Both the position numbers and the translations under genes were made by a program. DNA of 64,000 nucleotides from Felis catus (taxonomy: Eukaryota), in assembly GCF_018350175.1 (NCBI RefSeq), contig NC_058370.1:118482001-118546000 (forward strand). Reading direction: 5' to 3'. Below the pieces are notes generated by a model that made no database searches, was not told the DNA's origin, and saw only the letters and a list, made by a program, of their open reading frames with translations. Numbering within the stretch: position 1 is the first letter of the stretch; each line of letters starts with the position of its first letter. Below are positions 28,610-41,700 of this stretch, one piece after another.

Positions 28610-29157
28610 CTGGAAAGCTAGAAATTTCACTTCCTGGAATTTTTTTCCATCCAAGATTTTGAATATGATTTAGGTCTTGCCAATTAAATGTGCTCTTGAA
28701 GAACTCAAATTTGAACTTCAGTTTAGAGAGGAGAGAGCCAGGCCAGGAGGCAATACATATTATTGGTTCAGATTGTGGCAGTGGTATGATTCTGGATCTG
28801 GGAGCCAGAGAAGGGTCTTTCCTGTTCAGTTAGGTCACTTTCTGATCATTGCAGAGGCAATTCATGGAGCCATCAGCTGTGGCAGGAGCTTTGTGATTTG
28901 TGGGTGCCTCCTCGTAATCTGAAGGGCTTCGTGAAGACGCAAAGTGCTGGCCCCATCCCAGAGTTTCTGATTCAATAGGTCTGGGATAGGACTGGAAATC
29001 TGCACTCTAACAAATTTCCAAGTGATGTTGATGCTGCCTGGACCACCACGATTTAGGAACCACTGGTGTGAACCATGTAATACCCTATAATAAATTCCTT
29101 TTAGCTGAACTGGCTAGAGAGGATTCTGTTCTGTGCAGCTGAAGCAGGACCGATAGA
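28610..29157 (+). mobile_element. Old ERVL/MaLR-type LTR interrupted by MER5A (about 28925-29068)
   Basis: LTR-type 3' end aataaattccttttagctgaactggctagagaggattctgtt, and a MER5A-like core ccagagtttctgattcaataggtctggg..ggaaccactgg. Confidence 0.55.
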
Positions 29158-29483
29158 GAGGTCAAATAATCATTTTATTCATGTCTTCCTGTCCTTATCT
29201 ACTTGATCTGTCAATGGTTAAAAGAAGTAGTTCTTGTATTTCCTGAAGATTTTGCTTTATTTTGATGCTGTCATTTAACGTCTAACAGTTCATGACATTT
29301 ATCTTTTATATAATTTGAAGTTTTATGACAAAGTATTCCCTCTTTGTCTCATTTAATACTTTCCCCCTGAACTCAACTCTGCTATTACCAAAACTCCTAT
29401 TTTCTTTGTGCTTACATTTGCCCTATATATTTTAATGTATCTTTTGACTTACAGCTCTTTTGAGTTCCTTTGTATTAGACACC

Positions 29484-29696
29484 TTTTTTTGTTAAGTTTA
29501 TTTATTTATTTTGAGACAGAGAAAGAGAGAGCAAGTGGGGGAGGGACAGAGAGAAAGGAGAGAGAGAGAATCCCAAGCAGTCTTCGCACTGTCGCGTAGA
29601 CCCCAGTGCGGGTCTGGAACTCACAAACTGCAAGAACATGACCTGAGCTGAAATCAAGACTTGAATGCTTAACTGACTGAGCCACTCAGGTGGCCC
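29484..29696 (-). mobile_element. Can-SINE
   Basis: Full element with degenerate TSD tgtattagacac / tgtgttagacac. Confidence 0.88.
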
Positions 29697-30217
29697 TGTG
29701 TTAGACACTCCTTCAAAGCATATAGTTTGATTTTTTAAAATCAATCGAAATCTTTATTCTTTTTTTTTTTTTTTAAATGAATGGATTGATTTTTGGTCAT
29801 TGTTATACGTATCTTTATCTTCTTTGTAGGTTTTTCTTTTCTTTTTTGTGTTTCTTTTATTTTCAATCTCTTATTGTACAGCCTTTAAAACAATTTTTTT
29901 CTGGTTTCTGTGGTCTGCTGGGTATTTTGGAAGCAACAGAGTATACTGCCTTTAGTTCTGTTAAATATCTAAATGGTATTAATAGCCCTTTACTTCTCCA
30001 GTTACCGATCTTACAAGCAAAAGCAGGATACTTCTTTGTCTTGGTCTACTACAGTCAGAAAATTCTTATTTTTACATTGCAGGGCCTTTCAAAATTTTAA
30101 ATTAGAGTCTGTTTTATAGTGGTAGTTACCACAGTTGTTTAAACTCAATGTGTCACTGGGTTAAATGCTTACTGCAATCTTTATACCACAGCTTCTCTAT
30201 TAGAAAGTTGTTGTGTT

Positions 30218-30395
30218 GCCTGGGTAGCTCAGTTGGTTAAGCATTTGACTCTTGATTTCGGCTCAGGTCATGATCTCACGGTTGGTGAAATTGAGCCCTG
30301 CCTCTAAGCATGGAGCCTGCTTCCAATTCTCTGTCCCTCTCTGCCGTTCTCCCCCACTTGTGTTCTCTCTCTCAAATAAACAAACTTAAATAAAA
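30218..30395 (+). mobile_element. Can-SINE
   Basis: gcctgggtagctcagttggttaagc head and aaataaac tail. Confidence 0.85.
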
Positions 30396-31808
30396 ATTTT
30401 AAAACCTTAGAAAGTTCTTTGTATTGATTTGTCTTTCATTGGCTGAAGTAGGTCTTCAAGTTGATTTTTTAAAACTATAATTCCTAGAGACTTGCATATT
30501 GAGAATACCATCCTGTTGCCTTTATGTGAATGATGTCTCAGTTAAGTAAAGAATTCTCTTGACCCTCTTTGTGTTTCTTTATCTTCTGGCATCAAATGTT
30601 TCCGAGAACTCTGAGGCTGACCTGATGTTTACTTTTCTCTTTGTGGGAGAGATTTAGTATCTTCACTCAAGTATTTCTTGGTCTTGATTCTTTATTGACT
30701 TTTACTTGCCTTTTACACCTTAAGCTCCTCTGATTGATAGACCAGGGTCTTCATTTATTTCAGGAAAATATTCTATTTTTTATTTCAGGAAATTTTCTTC
30801 TGTTAAGTGGTTTTTTTCCTTGTCTTTTCTTTCTTTCTTTTTTTTAATACTTCTGTTCGCCTTTCCTTCTCTCTTGTTTAGGAACATCAGTTATTCATGT
30901 GTTGACTCCCTCCATCCTCTTTTTCATCTATATCATCTCACTAATCACTTTTATCTCTTTATAGCAGTACAGTTTTCAACATTTTGCTTCTCCCCTGGGT
31001 TTCATTTCATTTCATGATGATCTTATCCATTTTACTCAGTTTCTTTCCTTATGACTGCTCAGTCTCCACCTCCCCATTGTCTTCTTTTATGTCTTCTTGG
31101 ATTCCACAGTATCTTTTTTTTTTTTTTTTTTAAGTATTATACAGACATTTTTTGTTGCAAATTTTCTTCTGTTTTCTGGAGGCTTTCTTTGAAAGGATAC
31201 TTTCCATCTTTTTTCATTTGTTTGTGTCCTTTTGATTCTTTCTGTAGTATCTATGCATAGATTTCACGTGGATCCTTTTTATTACTAATTTTGAATGGAG
31301 TAGTTCTCTCAGGGCTTGCTATTTACTAAAGAACAGGGTAGATGGATTCTCATTGACCTCTATTTATGTTGGCGATATAACACTATGTCTTTAGCACAGT
31401 GTTCCTTAGCACCTGAGTTAGAGGATTGGCTATTTCTAATATGTTTCTAATATGTTTAGACTGTAGCTTCTTTAAGAGAGACAATTGGGAAGTTTAATTT
31501 GTATATTTCCTATGGTCTTTGTATTAACACACTTTTCAGCTGAGGCCAATGAATTATTTATTCTTAAGGCATGTACAGACCTATGGGGGGGTTCCTCCTG
31601 GGATTTGAGGTATTTCTCCCTTTTTGTCATAAAAAGGTATGTTATTCTAACCAAAAGCTGGGCCCTTGCAGAGTTCTGTGTTGCTCAGCTTTTTGGTTTG
31701 GTGGTCAATACTTTGTTTATCTCTGTCAGTTTACTTTGGTCCATGGTTACACAATTGATTTTCTGAGTTTGAAAAAAATGAAGATTTGTGACAATTATTT
31801 AGTTCATT

Positions 31809-31932
31809 CTTTTTTTTTTTTTTTTTAAGATTTTATTCTTAAGTAATCTCTACACCCAACATAGGGCTCAAACTCACAACCCCTGAGAGCAAGAGTCACA
31901 TGCTCTTACCTACTGAGCCAGCCAGGAGCACC
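31809..31932 (-). mobile_element. Short Can-SINE
   Basis: T-tail, aagattttatt..gagccagccagga. Confidence 0.8.
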
Positions 31933-32214
31933 TTTAGCCCATTCTTCAATGTGGGAAAGGTCTCTTAATATAGTAGGATGTTCCTTAATTGTCTCATAGC
32001 CTTCCGCCTCCCCTATTCAGGTGAAAGATTGATGGCAGGCCACTAGATAACTCTTACTTATAAAATAAATTTGTTCCTTAACTAGTATTCACAAACATGG
32101 ATTAGCTCTGGGCATCCTCCTTCAATGCGGTCTAAATTTTATGCATTTGGCAACTATTCTTTATAGTCTATTTTAGGAAGTTGTGGCCCTTCCCTGGATT
32201 CATAACAGGTGATC

Positions 32215-32269
32215 TTTCTTTTCTTTTCTTTTCTTTTCTTTTCTTTTCTTTTCTTTTCTTTCTTTTTTT
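32215..32269. repeat. (TTTTC)n microsatellite
   Basis: About 10 tandem units. Confidence 0.95.
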
Positions 32270-32724
32270 AAATTTTTTGAGGGGAAAGGGGTGATTTATT
32301 TCATTGGGCTTTAGGGAAAGGAGTTGGATAATTGTTCATTCACTGCATTATCCTTACAAGAAAATATAAGAGCTTTAAGTTGGCTAAGCAATATAGTGCT
32401 TGGCACATAGTAAGCATTTAATAAATAAATGGTAACTTTTCTTATTATCCGTTCATTGCCAGCTCCACTAGTGTGTAGGTTCCATGAGAGCAGGGCCCTT
32501 AGCTGTCTTGCTTATTGTCATACTCCCAATTCCTAGAATAGTGCCTAACACAGAAGATGTTTAGTAATTACTGTTAAATAGTTCCCCCGGGGAAGTGGGA
32601 GGCGGTGGGTGGGATGGGAAGAGAAAAGACAGGAAAGTAGAAAAATCTGAGCTGGTGCAAATAGCTTTTGCCTTCTCCTCACGTGTATGTCTCTGTGCAG
32701 GGACAGCCATTTTAGGGGGTGCTG

Positions 32725-35700
32725 ATGGATACCTGCGGGGTCGGCTGTGTTGCCCTGGGGGAGGCCGGCCCCGTGAGGAACATGACTGTGGTAGACTCTC
32801 CTGGACAAGAGGTGCTAAACCAGTTTGATGTCACGGCCTCTTCAGAAATAACCAGTGCTGAGGCTTCCATAGAGATGTCTTTACCTCCACCTTTGCCTGG
32901 ATTTGAGGATTCTCTTGATGAGAGCAGGCTCCCTCCAGAACAAGAAAGCTTCTCCAGACTTGAACAGCAAGGTATGTGCCTTGTCCTTTAATCTTTTAAT
33001 CTCCCCATGTTTAGCTTCAGATGACAGAGAGCAGGGTGAGCTCACAGGATCTTACCAACCTGGGTATGGTATAATCTCTGCCAAAGAGATTTGAGCTCTG
33101 GTCCCGTCTCACAGACCCATATTCTTCTCTACAGATCTTTCTTCAGAGATGTCAAAGGTCTCAAAACCTAGGGCCTCAAAGCCTGGCCGGAAGAGAGGTG
33201 GTAGGACACGGAAAGGCCCCAAAAGGCCCCAACAACCTAATCCTCCGTCAGCCCCTCTGGTTCCTGGTCTCTTAGATCAATCCAGCCCTCTATCTGCCCC
33301 CATGCCTAAGAAACGAGGTCGAAGGTCCAAGGCAGAGCTGCTACTGCTGAAGTTGTCCAAAGACCTAGATCAGCCAGAGTCTCCACCTCCAAAGAGGCCC
33401 CCTGAGGACTTTGAGACCCCTCCTGGGGAACGACCCCGCCGAAGGGCTGCCCAAGTGTAAGGATTGTGGGGCGCAGCTCGGTGGAGGGGGGGTCGGGGTG
33501 AAGGGAATCAGGGTGGGACAGATGTTGGAGAGCTGAGAGGCTGTGGTGAGGCGTCAGGTAAGCAGGGGTAACGTCTGGGTTCTGGGGACTTGAGCCATCT
33601 TCTAGCTCTTACCGCAGCAACTTCTACCTGTTGCTAAGTTTGTCTGTCTAGGAGGTTGCTTTTTGTGCCTTGTATCCTGTCACCTTTTTCAGTTTCCTCC
33701 AGGTCTTCGTTGCAATTTTACCGCCCAGTATATATCAGTCTCTCTGTGTCCTTCCATTCTTCCCTTGGCTCTTACTGATCTCTGTGGTAGAGTGAAAGTG
33801 CTTTTGGACTTAGAGTTGGCAGATCTGGGTTCACATTCCACAAACATGATCTGAGTCTTATCTTGGCCAGGTCTGTAACTTCCCTGGATCTCTGGTTCTT
33901 TATCAAAGGGGAAGGGAAAATTAATAGCTGCTTTGCAGGGGTCCTTGGGAGGATCCAGTGAGATAAGAATCAGCTAAGTATCTGGAAAAGGGGCTCTCAG
34001 TTAAGTGTCTGTGAGTATGGCTCTGACTCTGCCCTGTGCCACAGGGCACTTCTGTACCTTCAGGAACTGGCTGAAGAGCTCTCAACAACCCTGCCTGCTC
34101 CAGTGCCCCGTCCCGAGAGCCCCAAAGTGAGCAGCCCTGCCCAACCAAATAAAAGCCAGCCACAGGCAGCCTGTCAAGGTGGAGAAGAAGAGAATAACAC
34201 TGCACGGGATGAAGACTTTGTTCTCCAGGTTGAGGCTGAAGATGGAAATGAAAGCGAGGCTCCAAGCGAGATCTCATCTGACCCCGAGCCTGCGGTGCCT
34301 CGGAGCACCCCACGAGGATCCACTTCCGGGGTAACTGAATGAATAAGAAAGTGGGGAAATAGGAGGATTATTAGGGGGTCTGCAGGGTGCCTAGTAACTG
34401 ATGGCCAAAGTAGGTAAAGGAAGAAAGGGACACCCTCAAAAACAGTTGGGGCGCGGGGGGGCTGCGGGTGTAAGTACATGAGATTATTCATTCAGATACT
34501 GAGCATCTACTCTGCACTAGGAAACACATGTGACTGCAACAGCATTCTGCCTAAGTCCACAGTGTGATAGGTGCTTCACCGGGACTGAACACAGTGCTTT
34601 GGGCGTGTAGAGGAAGGTAGTGAACTACTCAGGCTTCCCAGAGAAGTGATGGTTGGGCTAGGTCTTGAGAGGTGAGTGGCAGTTTGCCAGAGGGATTGTT
34701 TTTCCCAGAAATTCCCGGGACAGGACACTAGAGCAGGCAGGGCTATTGAGAGCTCTCAGCAAGTTCCCAAGGGTGCAGAAGTGCCCAGCGGGACCTCGGA
34801 GGGTCTAGGGGAGAGCGGTGGGATCAAACTCAGGAGGATGGCCAGACGACCACTGGAGGGAGCCAACACAGGTGTTTGTACGTTTGTTGAATTGTGGTAA
34901 AATATACCACATAAAATTTGCCATTTAAAAATGTACGATTGAGTGGTGTTAGCGTGTCCTTGGTGTTGTGCAGCCATCACCACCACCCATTTCCCAAACG
35001 TTTTCATCATCACACACAGAAACTCTATACAACAAAGGTTTTTAAGTAGAAATATAATTAGTTAGGACAATAGGTCAGTCAGCAGTGGACAATTAGAAGA
35101 CAGCTTCAGGTATCCAGGTAGTAATAGGGAGCGCCTGAATCAAGCCATGAAGCAAGTGAAGGTGGGGGACGGATGCAAGAGACGTTTGAGACAGTTAACA
35201 GCACTTGGCAGTCACAGGAAAGGAAGGAGTAGGAGTTTCTAACTTAGATGGTGCTTTCTTGTGCTGGACTTCAGGACAGAGGAGCAGTGGGGGTGGGGGA
35301 GGGGGGTGGGTGAGCAGTGAGGCGATGAGCTCACTTCCTTTTCTTTTGAAATTTATTTTTATGTTTTCAAAATTTAAGAGAGAGAGAGAAAGAGCGAGCA
35401 CGAGTTGGGGGAGGGGCAATGAGAGAGGAGAGAGACAGAGTCCTAAGCAGGCTCCACACTGCTAGCACAGAGCCCAGCATGGGGCTTGAACTGTGAGATC
35501 ATGACCTGAGCCAAAACCAAAAGTCAGATGCCCAACCAACTGAGCCACCCAGGCATCCCTTAATTTTTAAATTTTATTTAAATCCAAGTTAGTTAACATA
35601 TAGTATAATAATGATTTCAGGAGTGGAATTGTGATTCATATTTACATATAACCCCCCATGATGAACTCACTTTCTGACATGTTGAATTGGCCTGTGGGCC

Positions 35701-38700
35701 ATGGGCCATCCTACTAGAGATGTCTGGTAGCCAGTCATGTATGTGGGATCACTGCCTGCCTTGTCTCAAGTGCAACATTTAAGGGAGTCCCAAACCCTCA
35801 GTAATCAAGAAAAATATTTTGATGCAACATTTTAAAAAATAAAAATTGAGGGGTGCCTGGGTGGCTCAGTCGGTTAAGCGTCCGACTTCAGCTCAGGTCA
35901 TGATCTCACAGTCTGTGAGTTCCAGCCCCACGTCGGGCTCTGTGCTGACAGCTCAGAGCCTGGAGCCTGCTTCGGATTCTGTGTTTCCCTCTCTCTCTCT
36001 CTCTCTCCCCCTCCCCTGCTCACGCTCTGTCTCTCTCTGTCTCAAAAATAAATAAGAACATTAAAAAAATTTTTTTTAATAAAAAAAATAAAAATTGATG
36101 CAACAGATTTATGATGAACAAAAATATCAAGGTTTTAAATAAAGACAGGAACTGTATTACTGATTTTTCCTTTTGCTTTAGGCTCTGCAATATGGCTTGG
36201 GATCACTGTAAAAGTCTAGAATTTGTAGAGAAGCTGAAACTGAGTAAAGCTTACATTTTCTAAGATATAAACTTGATAATCAGGCATAATGATGGAAGTC
36301 AAAGCTATGGGCATGGGGTGAGATTACCTGGAGTATGTGTATGGAGGGTTGAGGAGAAGACAGAGGGACTCGGGGAAATACCATCATCAACTAAACCTGT
36401 CAGAGGAGGGAGAGCCTGCAGAGGAATATTAGAGAGGCAGGAAGAAACAAGGAGACACTATCCCATAGGGCAGGAGTTTGAGGAAGCGAATGTGAGTCCT
36501 CTGAACCAAATGCCATGGAGACGCTGAGGAAGGTGAACAGAAAATACGTAACAGGTTCCAGGAACCTGGGTGGCTCAGTTGGTTGAGTGTCCCAATTCTT
36601 GATTTCGGCTCCAGTCACGATCTCACGGTTTGTGGGGTTGGGCTCTGCTTGGGATTTTCTCTCTCTCCCTCTCTCTCTGCGCCTCCCTCGTGTACACTGG
36701 TGCATGCTGTCTCTCCCCCCCCCCACCCCCCACTCTCTCAAAATAAATAAACTTCAAAAAATAAATAAGAAAATACATAACAGGTTTTGCAGAAGGTGAA
36801 GTCCTAGTAATGGTGGAAACATCAATCTTTTAAGGCACTGACAGGTCAGAGGCTAGAGAGGAAGTAGTACCAAGAAAAGTAAAAGCTGGGAAAGCTGTCT
36901 TCCGGGGACTTTCTCCAGTCTGTAAAGTTCTCTCGCTTATGTTTTTTTTTTTCCATTTGATCCTCAGAAACAGAAGCCACACTGCCGGGGAATGGCTCCC
37001 AATGGCTTACCAAATCACATCATGGCTCCAGTTTGGAAGTGCCTCCATCTCACCAAGGACCTGTGAGGCTTGAGGAGGGGGCTGGGGATGCGGGGGTGGT
37101 GTTGGCGTGCAGAGGACCTTCTAGAAGTGAGGCCATGGGAAAGAGGGAAGGCACTCACAGGGCAGGACACTGAAGACATTCATAACTAAAAGGTACCGCT
37201 CTAAAGGCAAGAGCTCCAGAGCCGTGCTGTCCGACATAAGCCACTAGCTGTGTGTGTGGCCATTTAAATGTAATTTCAAATTAATTAAAATGAAATTAAA
37301 AGTCCAGTTTCACAGCTGCACTAGCCACATTTCAATAGCTACTTACAGCTAGCGGCTAATGTATCCGTTGGACAGCACACATCATAGATCCCTCCCATCA
37401 CTGCACACAGGTTACTGGACAGAGCTGCCCAAGAATTTCTCTCCTCCTTCACTAACGCTGCTTCTGTCCCTCCAGCCGAGAACAGAAGCACTCGTACTGG
37501 GAGTTTGCAGAGTGGATTCCGTTAGCCTGGAAGTGGCACTTGTTGTCTGAACTGTAAGTTAGACATTCTGAAGCCGAGGAGGGGGTGACACTCCTGGGAT
37601 CAGAAGAGGGACAGGGAATCCTGGGGTGGGTGAAAAGTCTTCCACATTCATGCTCTTTCCTTTGCCTGCCCCCAGGGAGGCGGCGCCCTACCTGCCCCAG
37701 CAGGAGAAGTCTCCACTGTTCTCTGTACAGCGTGAAGGACTTCCTGAAGATGGCACACTCTACCGAATAAACAGGTGAAGATTGCATCTCTTTCTGGTTC
37801 TAGGAGATAGAAACAGGACAAATGAATGTTGAAAGGGATGACGTATTGGCCCTCTTCTTCCCCTGATGCTGTTCCAGTTGGTCCCAGGGTGGGAGGCCTT
37901 GCTAGACCTGGTCAACCCAGGTAGTTTGCAGTGCTCATCACTGCTGGCCAGACTGAGGGCAGCTACAGAGATGGAAGGTCAAACCCGTTTACAAGGTCAC
38001 ATCTACTCAGATAGACCTGGGCACACTGGCCCTGGAGAGCCCTGTGGTAAACCAGAATGCACAGCCTGTCACCTTTGAAGGTGAACTAGAGCTAGACAGG
38101 CTTTGGAAGGAAAGGAGGAAGATACAGATGGTGGCTAAGGACTATTGTCACCTGTAGAATGTTCTTGATATTCTGGCCCTTGCTTAAGCTAGCTCATACC
38201 AGCTCCAGGTGGAGCTCCCATTCTGTCCTCATTACCTTTTTTTTTTTAAGGCTTAATTTTTTGGAGCAGTTTTAGGTTCAAAATTGAGAGGAAGGTACAG
38301 AGATCTCCCATATACTCCCCTGCCCCCANNNNNNNNNNNNNNNNNNNNNNNNNNNNNNNNNNNNNNNNNNNNNNNNNNNNNNNNNNNNNNNNNNNNNNNN
38401 NNNNNNNNNNNNNNNNNNNNNNNNNNNNNNNNNNNNNNNNNNNNNNNNNNNNNNNNNNNNNNNNNNNNNNNNNNNNNNNNNNNNNNNNNNNNNNNNNNNN
38501 NNNNNNNNNNCATACAGAGTAGTTTTGCTGCCCTAAAAATCCTATGTGTTCTAGCTACTCATCCTCCCCTCTAATCCCTGGCTATCACTGATCTTTTGAC
38601 TGTATAGTTTTGCCTTTTCCAAAATGCTACATAGTTGGGTTCATACAGCATGTAGCCTTTTTCAGGTGGGTTTCTTTCACTTAAACATGCATGTAAGGTT

Positions 38701-41700
38701 CCTCCGTGCCTTTTCATTGTTTGATAGCTCATTTATTTTTAGTGCCATATAATATTCCATTGTTTGGATACTTATCCACTCACCTAATGAAGTCCTTATT
38801 ACCTTTTATTAATTCCTTTCTTCATCCCATCTTTGACTTTTCTCTAGATTTAGCTCGATCACAGCACACCCAGAGCGCTGGGATGTGTCCTTCTTCACAG
38901 GGGGACCCCTCTGGGCTCTGGATTGGTGCCCAGTGCCAGAGGGGGCATCAGCTTCGCAGTATGTGGCCCTTTTCTCCAGCCCTGACATGAATGAGACACA
39001 CGCACTGAGCCAGCTTCATTCGGGTCCCGGGCTGCTCCAACTCTGGGGCCTCGGGACCTTGCAGCAAGAAAGCTGGTGAGGTGGGGCTGGAACGCTGCTG
39101 TGGGAGGGTGGTTGAGGAGGAGAGAAGGATGGGGCTGGGCAGGGGCGCTGGGGCTCTTGGATTGGGTTGAGATGGGGCAGAGCACAGGCTCTGGCAGCCC
39201 TAGGCCCCTTCTCCCTACCCATTCTCCCCATANNNNNNNNNNNNNNNNNNNNNNNNNNNNNNNNNNNNNNNNNNNNNNNNNNNNNNNNNNNNNNNNNNNN
39301 NNNNNNNNNNNNNNNNNNNNNNNNNNNNNNNNNNNNNNNNNNNNNNNNNNNNNNNNNNNNNNNNNNNNNNNNTGGTTGTGGGATGCTTTAGGACTCAGAG
39401 TCAGAACAGAGAGGCCCTGTGAGTTCTCAGAGGGGACAGAGAGCGGTGGATGGAGTTTTCCCGGCAACCCCGTATCATTTCCAGGGGCCAAAACCTCAAA
39501 AGTTTTCTGAGAGGCTCTGAAGGCAGCAAGCCTCAGCACAGATGTGGTCTCCCCCTCTAGGCTCCTCTTCTGCCCCGATTGGGCCTCTTGGCTCTTGCCT
39601 GCTCAGATGGGAAGGTGCTGCTGTTCAGTCTGCCCCATCCGGAGGCCCTGCTGGCTCAACAGCCCCCAGGTGAGTAGTGCAGCAGGCGAGGGGGTGGTGC
39701 TGCTGCAGCAGGGTCTGTCCATCTCCCCTGAAGCCCCTCCTGGCCCAGCCTCTAGGACCAAGCCTTACTCGGCATCCTACACACTCTGACTTCACACCTT
39801 TTGTTCTCCACCTGTCTCTTTAGCAGTCTGCAAAAGGGGTACTCTCTCCTGCAGTCTTCTCACTGGGTTCTTTGAGCATACCCCCTTTCTCCCCCTTGCC
39901 TGCTGTGTGCCCTCAGGCCCTCCCCTCCTGCTGCCACAGCTTATGTGCTGAGCGTGATCTCCCCTGATCTCCTCTGCCACACTCTTCTCCTTCCCTCCTT
40001 CCCTCAGTCCCGTACTCACCTCTCCTTTCTTCACATAAACGCTTGCCTCTCCATGTACACATAAACACCCTCTCTTCATTGGGAAGAGAGGGAGAGAATA
40101 TAGAGCTGAAGATGAGCAAGAAGAGGAAGGGGTTAGGGAAAGACATCTCCTATTTGTCAAACTTGATTTTCAACTGTCCCGAGTATTTAAAGAAGAGGGC
40201 ACCCAGTTTTGAGCCCCGAGAAATGCCATACTTGGTGGTTTGGTGGAGGAGTGGGCTGAGGAGGGAATAGGCAGTGAGGAAGTGAAGACAGATGCGTAGA
40301 CGATTCTTTCAAGTAGGTTGGCCGTGAAGAGGAGCACATGGATGAGGGTGGTGGCTGGAGGTGAATAAGGGGTAAAGGAAAGGTTTTGTTTGTGTGTTTG
40401 TTTTATTGAGTTAGGAGACTATAGTGCATGTTTACGTATGCATATGAGAACGATCCATTAGGGAGAGAAAGCAGATCGCTCAGGAGAAACGAAAGATAAC
40501 CAGATGAGCAAAGTTCTGGAAAAGGTGAGAGAGTGGGGAGAGAGCAGAGTGGAGCAATTAGTCATTCTGATAGGAGGAAGGACACGCTCACTATAAGGGG
40601 GTGGGGGAAGGGGATGGGGCCAGGTAGAGGTAGATTCATCAATGTGCTGGTGGAGAAATGAGCGTAAGGGAAGGTCATTGTCAGATTAGGGGTGCTGATG
40701 TAAGAGCAAGGCAGATCAGGACTTCAGTCCTCTGTTCTCAGAGCATCGCTCTTCTTCCCTCACAGATGCAGTGAAGCCCGCCATCTATAAGGTGAGTGAG
40801 GAATCTGCTACCTTAGCCAAGGCTCCATCTTCTCGAGCCTCCCTTACTGATTCCACAGTGAGTCTCCTTCTGCCACTGAAAAACCACTGAAAAATCCTGC
40901 TGATTAAACACTGATTTGAGCCTTTGTGACAAATGGTAGGTATTCCTAACCCTAGGCCCGGCTCTTCTGTCTCTGCAGGTACAATGTGTGGCGACCCTTC
41001 AGGTGGGGTCTATGCAAGCTTCGGACCCCTCTGAGTGTGGTCAGTGCCTTAGCCTGGCCTGGATGCCCACCCGGCCCCACCACCACCTGGCTGCTGGCTA
41101 CTATAATGGTAACAAAACAAAACAAAACAAAACATAAGGGGATGTTGCTATTTAAAGTTTATATATGCTTATTGTTTTTTGGTTGTTTCTTTTTTGGTTC
41201 AGTGTTGGGCATTATGTTCAAGCAGTGTAAAAAAAATACAAAGAAGGAAGAAGAAAGTCACTAGAAATCTTCTTTTCAAAAAAACCATAATTAAGAGTCG
41301 GTGAAGATCATTTCATGGAGTTCTGTATGCATATATAAAGATAAAAAGATCAGATGGCGAGAGAAAGAATTCTATGACCGTGGGATCATTCTATGTATTT
41401 TAAAAATATTTTTTAATGTTTTTTATATTTGAGAGACAAAGAGAGCACAAGTGGCAGAGGGGCAGAGAGAGGGAGACAGGATCTGAAGTGGACTCCATGC
41501 TGACAGCAGAGATCCCAGTGTGGGTCTTGAGCTCATGAACCATGAGATAATGACCTGAGCTGAAGTCGGACGCTTAACCGACTGAGCCACCCAGGTGCCC
41601 CCTATATAAGCTGTTTTAAAGATTTTGTTTTTAAGTAATCTCCACACCCAGCGTGGGGCTCAGACTCACAACCCTGAGAGCAAGAGTCACACACTTTACC

